Origin: Octopus sinensis
Taxonomy: Eukaryota
Length of the DNA: 39,282 nt
Direction of reading: 5' to 3'
Assembly: GCF_006345805.1 (NCBI RefSeq)
Contig: NW_021835740.1
Location: forward strand, 1 to 39,282
Within the stretch, counting starts at the first letter, position 1; every line of letters begins with the position of its first letter. Under the pieces are notes generated by a model, which searched no databases, was not told where the DNA came from, and was given only the letters and a program-made list of their open reading frames with translations. The position numbers and the translations under genes were made by a program. This document shows, in pieces, positions 33,680-39,282 of this stretch.

Positions 33680-34102
33680 GAGGGATCTTCGGTTTGAACG
33701 GCGGTTTTTCTAGCGGTATCATATGAAATTGTCACCCATAATTATGACCCTAGTATCGATCTTTTGCATTTCAATCTGCTTTAGGGTTAGGGTTAGGGTT
33801 AAGGGTGGGGGGAGGGTATCTTTTTTTCTTCACAAATGTAAATAAACCCAATCTGTTTCTTAAACGAGGGACATATTCATATGGCACAGAATGTTTTTTA
33901 CCTCAATAGACGTCATTGATTGGTTGAAATTGCAGAAATTGAAGAAAAAAACAACAAATATCTTACAAACTATAGAATTTTCTCAATAAAGCCAAGAGAA
34001 AAAGATGTTTTATAAACACATTCTACCAGTATACGAAGTTGAAAAGTGTTTAGTTACGTGGAAATTATTTTTAAAAACTGCCGTTCAAACCAAAAAATCC
34101 TC
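33680..34102. mobile_element. MITE with ~30-bp TIRs and internal (TTAGGG)3
   Basis: GGATCTTCGGTTTGAACGGCGGTTTTT ... AAAAACTGCCGTTCAAACCAAAAAATCC; second copy at 20630-21030. Confidence 0.88.
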
Positions 34103-34397
34103 AAATTTAATTTTACAGGGTCATTTTTTTCACCTCCCTTGCAATACAAAAACAAATAGAAATAAATATAAGGTTTTACTTGAAACAAGGTGCTGCTGTG
34201 ACAAGCTGTTGTTATATGGTAGACAGAAAGGAAAACGAGAGATATTTTTTATCCTATCATACTTTTCCTCAATTAAAAAATATTTCTTTTGTTCATTTTA
34301 AACGACTGGAAATGTTTCTTTTCTTTCCAAACTTTTAATTTCGTATTTCACACATCCACTTGCGGTGTTTGACTTTTTCTTTATCGTGAAAATATAT

Positions 34398-34626
34398 ATT
34401 TCTTTATTGCCCACAAGGGGCTAAACACAGAGGGGACAAACAAGGACAAAGAGATTAAGTCGATTACATCGACCCCAGTTCGTAACTGGTACTTAATTTA
34501 TCGACCCTGGAAGGATGAAAGGCAAAGTCGACCTCGGCGGAATTTGAACTCGGAACGTAACGACAGACGAAATACAGCTACGCATTTCACCCGGCGTGCT
34601 AACGTTTCTGCCAGCTCACCGTCTTT
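34398..34626 (-). mobile_element. Full-length S2 SINE
   Basis: Reverse complement aligns with the other S2 copies. Confidence 0.9.
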
Positions 34627-35149
34627 ATTGTGAAAATATATTAAAGGAGGGAAAAGAGGTTAAGGTTTTTTTTTAATACGAGTTGCAAATGCTTCAGAAT
34701 GTGAAATACAATAAAATGTTTTCAAACAAGTCAGGAAAAAAAAAACAAACAAAAAAAAAACAATCAGAAATTACTCATTTTGTCCCAGATACCGAAGAAA
34801 AAGGTTTAATTTCATGAGAAACATTTGAACATATGTGGAATAATTCTAAAGCCAGAAAAAAGTGCTTTTAGCTGTTGAGAGATGCAATTTAATAATTAAA
34901 ACTAAATTCAAAATTTAAATTTTGGAACATATTTTTTTACTTCTTCATGTAAGGCCGAAGGAAGATTTCAATGCTCCACTGAAATAATAAAGTTTAGCAG
35001 TGCCAGTATATGTGTGTTCGTGTGTGTGTTGGTTCGTGCGTGCGTGTAGGCCCTTTGCAAATGTTCATTTCAAGTTCAGTCGTACGTTGTAAGACTTCTT
35101 TCAATCTATTTTTTAAATCTCTATATACACTCACACATGCGCGAGCACA

Positions 35150-35310
35150 CACACATACATACATACAACATACATACGTACGTCCGTCCGTCCGTGCATA
35201 CATACATACATACATACATACATACATACATACATACATACATACATACATACATACATACATACATACATACATACATACATACATACATACATACATA
35301 CATACATACA
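35150..35310. repeat. (CATA)n microsatellite
   Basis: Direct reading. Confidence 0.97.
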
Positions 35311-35689
35311 TTTTCAGGAGTCGTAGTTTTTAATTTTCTGTCATTTCCTGCTTTGAGGGACTGATGTCGCTAAAGTGGAAAAATCTGCTTTCCGTCTTTT
35401 TTTATTTTAAGCTCAAATTGTTGTCGCTAAAGTGAAGAAAACCTGTGGTCATTTATCATTAAAGAGAAGCCATTTCATTTTTATAGGAAGTCGAGGTGTC
35501 TGCAGTTTGAAATACAACCTCTACATGCAATACATGTAAGGTTGGTGGAAAGAGGAGGGGCCCTCCAGTATTGAGTGCTTTATATCCTTCGTAGAAAGGG
35601 GTCCCAATATCGAGGAGGGCCCCAGTATCAAGAGAGACCCAATGCGATTGCCCCTCGTCACCCACTAAATCCAGCACGGTGAGACACAG

Positions 35690-35910
35690 GGCCGGTTACT
35701 TGGTTTCTGTTACGTTTAATGGATCACAACATTCTCCCTGAAAAAGACGCTAGAGCGCTGCAAGGTTACCCATTTACAGCCGAGTAGACTGCAGCAATGT
35801 GAAATGAAGTGTTTTTCTTTATGAACGCAACACACTGCACGGTCCAGGTATCGAAACAAGGAACTCGAGATCGGGAGTATAAGCACTAACCGCTAGACCA
35901 CGCACCTTCG
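35690..35910 (-). mobile_element. Old S4-type SINE
   Basis: Minus strand GAAGGTGCGTGGTCTAGCGGTTAG...TTTCGATACCTGGACC...CACTTCATTTCACATTGCTGCAGTCTACTCGGCTGTAAATG resembles 13581-13720. Confidence 0.65.
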
Positions 35911-36667
35911 CAGTTATTCAGGTAACGACAAAACTTAATTTAGAAAATGTGCTAAATTCCAATTATATTCAATCAATTAGAAATTGGTGAAATGATGTTT
36001 TAATGAAGAACAATAGGGAAAAAGAACAATCACAAAACCAACAAATACTGAAAGGAAATGCAATATAATTTATTTTCAAACAGTTTCTGCCATGGAGTAT
36101 TACGGTAGATATCAGAGGGTATCAAAAAGATATCAAGGTTTCTATTCCACTTGAGATATAACTGACTGGTTTATTTAATAAAATTAGATAAATATAATTA
36201 AGCTCTTTCCCATTATTGATAGACAATTTTTCTATTTAAATAATCTATTTAAATAATCTAACACACTCATGAGACGGGTGCAAAATAACTGACTGGCGGA
36301 CATTCGGAATAGTTATCACGACCTTATTGAGAAAAGTACGAGTAAAAATTCCCAAGAAAAGGCTCATGAACATAAATGTAAAGAGTTAAATATTTTGAAC
36401 AAAAGACTCTTTCTCAGAAGGAAACGATCAACGAATTCGTGGCTCTTTTCCTTCTCTATGAGTTTGTGATGTCTATTCTTAAAGTCCACCGCTCAACTAC
36501 GACACCCGTTTCATGAATACAATAGTTTATTTACCAATCCTGGCTGTTGTTAATAGAAGAGTCTCTATAATTATGTTATGCTATTTAGATGAATGAGTAA
36601 AATGCTGGAAAATATCTTGGAAACATATATGAGTGTACAAAAGACGATTAAATAGAAATCAAACGGT

Positions 36668-38569
36668 TCACACACAAAAACAAAACGGTTTCAGGTTAGG
36701 AGTGTTGACGCAATGAGATTGGTTACCATATATGTTGATTCGTAAAATTTCTCCAAACGGGTGAAAGTTTTTCCCACGATACTCTCCCAAAGATTGGAAA
36801 ACTCCTTCACTTGGTGACACTTTTAACGTTACTGAGTATGTAGTTCTATATTTATAAGCACGTATTACCTTTTTCAATTTCAGTTTTGCGCATTTTTTCG
36901 CTTTTGCTTTTTCTAAACGTTTATTCAGTGTTTTCACAACAGCGATGGCTGCTTCGGTCACGTTCACATTTTTAACTCTCAATTGCTTTCTTGCTGAGAA
37001 ACACTCACAGAATTGTGCAGGTATTTCTGCTCCCTTGCAAGTTCTGTTACTTGGTATTGGTGACATAAGACTGATGCTTCTGTTACTCGTCATCATTCGA
37101 GTTTGTTCCCCTCTGTTCAGATTTTCAGAAAGAGTGGCATGAAAATCGAAAAGTGTCACAAGACGATTTTGGTTTCTATGAATAGAATTGGCTTTTGATT
37201 TGTGTTTGATCTTGAACCATTCTGGGACAATAAAAAATGAAAAAGGTAAATTTGCTTCATGACTTCCAGCGACAGTTGTACGAAATCCACCCATGCGGAA
37301 ACCATGATCCCCGAAGAAAAATAGTAAAGTGTTGTTTAGTGTTTTTGATTGATGAAGCCACTGATAAAACCCCAAAAGCTTGTCTTCCCATCTAGCCGCA
37401 CCATGCAAGCGATCGTGATTCCAGTCTGTGAAAAAAATAAAAGCAAAATAGAAAGATGTCCCGTACAACTTTAGAAACTGCTTGGTATAATGTATAATTT
37501 GTTCAGACTCGGTGACAGGGCCCACACAGAATTCTTTGTGAGATCTATTCTTCGCCATCGCAAGTGTCAGCGGTCGAATATAGAAATCAGTCGGTGATTT
37601 CACAAAGCCACGGCGGTAAAAATTAAAGGCTCCAGTTCTTGGACGGTCCTCTACCAAAAGTGTTATAGCATTTTTGGAACTATAGTTTTTCCATATAAAA
37701 TCTACTGAGTCAAAAGACATACCTTGGTGATATTTACTTTCGTTCAAAAATTTTCCTGTTAATAACGGTATTATATTCGGAAGAGTATTCACACCAACCC
37801 TTGTAAATCCAGGGAACGAATAAGCTTTTAGTGTTTCTAGAAGGTACTTCTTTAAACGAGGCATTTGTCTAGAGAAGCTATTGCGAGACGTTGAATCAAT
37901 TCCAATAAGAAGAACACTAAGCGGACGATCTTCAGCTCTTTTACCAGACTGAGATTTCAACTTCTTCTGCACATGTTCTTTATCAATGATACGACTGTGG
38001 AAATCTGTATATAACACGGAATTATTAACTCCTTCACATTTTATCAAACTGAACTCTGCATCAATTTTCGTTTGGTTATGAAAGGTAATCGGTTTTCCAA
38101 GAACAATACTATTATCGTTGTCACCTCGTTTAATATTCCACTTCTGACAGCGTTTAATTTTGTTCGAGTAATGAACTGCTTTAATTGATTGGTTCACGTA
38201 CAAAATTGCACCAACGACTTTTGTTAACCTTGCTGGACCAGGGCATACTACTGAGGAACGATTAATGTTAAAATTAGTTTCAGGTATATCAATTGCTAAT
38301 ATTTTACAACCAATTGTATCAATGAGATATCTATCAGGTTCGTTTGCAAGCGCATCTTTCGATGTGTTTTCTAATTTTTTCTCATGTTTGTTCTTGTTGC
38401 TTATAAAACTTAACATATTCTTAGAAGTTTTGACGAGAGGTAAATACAATTTGAACCATGTATGGCAAAGTAGACATAATATAATTACAAGGGATATATA
38501 GGATATTCGAAGGAACATGCGATTCATTATTAACCCAAAGAAATTAAGGATTCCATTGATATTCTTCAT
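36668..38569 (-). CDS. DUF229-family protein, 633 aa (could start at the later MNRMF); paralogue B
   Basis: Uninterrupted ORF; hydrophobic N-terminus; IGIDSTSR, NTLPN, WNHD, FFGDHG motifs; extensive identity to paralogue A. Confidence 0.9.
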   Translation of the reverse strand: MKNINGILNFFGLIMNRMFLRISYISLVIILCLLCHTWFKLYLPLVKTSKNMLSFISNKNKHEKKLENTSKDALANEPDRYLIDTIGCKILAIDIPETNFNINRSSVVCPGPARLTKVVGAILYVNQSIKAVHYSNKIKRCQKWNIKRGDNDNSIVLGKPITFHNQTKIDAEFSLIKCEGVNNSVLYTDFHSRIIDKEHVQKKLKSQSGKRAEDRPLSVLLIGIDSTSRNSFSRQMPRLKKYLLETLKAYSFPGFTRVGVNTLPNIIPLLTGKFLNESKYHQGMSFDSVDFIWKNYSSKNAITLLVEDRPRTGAFNFYRRGFVKSPTDFYIRPLTLAMAKNRSHKEFCVGPVTESEQIIHYTKQFLKLYGTSFYFAFIFFTDWNHDRLHGAARWEDKLLGFYQWLHQSKTLNNTLLFFFGDHGFRMGGFRTTVAGSHEANLPFSFFIVPEWFKIKHKSKANSIHRNQNRLVTLFDFHATLSENLNRGEQTRMMTSNRSISLMSPIPSNRTCKGAEIPAQFCECFSARKQLRVKNVNVTEAAIAVVKTLNKRLEKAKAKKCAKLKLKKVIRAYKYRTTYSVTLKVSPSEGVFQSLGEYRGKNFHPFGEILRINIYGNQSHCVNTPNLKPFCFCV

Positions 38570-38619
38570 TGAAATTTTGTTTTAGTTTTCATATAGTGTT
38601 GGCATGATAGATCATTAGC

Positions 38620-38790
38620 CACTACACACATTTTTTCTCTCCTTGTTTTTTCTGTGTCACTTTCTGTAGAAGAGCATAGGCTCGAAACGTAAAAGACTTT
38701 TTCTATTCCAGAGCGTAATACTAATACATCTGTTTGTTTTGTACACCACCAGTCTTCGTCTTTTGTTTTTTTCGTAAACTCTCCCTGTAT
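38620..38790 (+). mobile_element. Sister repeat with hammerhead-like motif (38660-38695)
   Basis: CTTT-CTGTAGA-A-GAGC-ATAG-GCTC-GAAA-CGTA-AAAG; 3' part matches 10049-10155. Confidence 0.7.
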
Positions 38791-39256
38791 ATATATATAT
38801 ATATTCTTAATAATTTAGCTCTTAACATACAATGTTTTAATAATATGGTACAACGTGTATGTAACAAATTGCAACATCAGAAACTGAGGTTCCACAATAA
38901 TAATACATCTCCGTGAAAAAAGGCTTTGGGTTAAAAAAAGAAGCACTTCAGGTGATGGTTATTCAGCTCTTGCATCATGGAAGCTGGAACTCGGGCGCTG
39001 CATTATAGGTGATGCTAGGAAACCTGTTGGAATTTGAAAGTTTCACTTTTAGATAAAACATTTACGTTTAAATGACAACATACAGTACACATAAATATGG
39101 TGAAAAATAGAAAATTAGTAGTAATGGTATAAAGTGCATTATTCATAGCACCAAGTCGCAGAGTTTTAAGAAAAAGTGGTATCTCGCAATGGATTAACAT
39201 TAGTTTTCTGATTGAAAGTGTGGTTGAAATTGTCAAAAATAAAGAAGCTTGAAATT

Positions 39257-39282
39257 CAGGAGTGGCTGTGTGGTAAGTAGCT
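39257..39282 (+). mobile_element. Start of another S1 SINE (runs off window)
   Basis: CAGGAGTGGCTGTGTGGTAAGTAGCT equals the S1 5' end. Confidence 0.8.

Noticed and set aside
33780-33805. TTAGGG repeats as a telomere or chromosome-fusion scar
   Set aside because: Only about three units, located inside a TIR element present twice in the window.

Overview
AT-rich, microsatellite-saturated eukaryotic DNA. The SINE repertoire and simple-repeat load suggest a cephalopod (octopus-like) genome; this is inference, not proven. Only two convincing host genes are present: single-ORF DUF229 (alkaline-phosphatase-superfamily) paralogues in convergent orientation about 20 kb apart (15131-16963 +, 36668-38569 -). 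They are a mosaic: two blocks (456 bp and 705 bp) are about 99% identical at nucleotide level, but these flank a 383-bp predicted active-site segment that is only about 59% identical in protein. This points to gene conversion that spares the catalytic pocket. Most of the remainder is mobile DNA and simple repeats: a complete, TSD-flanked non-autonomous Gypsy-type LTR element (tRNA-Leu PBS, PPT, deleted RT core), Helitron relics plus a complete 395-bp non-autonomous Helitron, Tc1/mariner and hAT derivatives, two R4/Dong-like LINE 3' ends abutting (TAA)n, and many tRNA-derived SINEs with shuffled head/tail modules. There are also two long fold-back palindromes, tandem duplications, and several short repeats carrying minimal hammerhead-ribozyme-like motifs of the Penelope type, with covarying stems. 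Most short ORFs in the track are microsatellite artefacts. Difference counts and many repeat boundaries were read by eye and are approximate.
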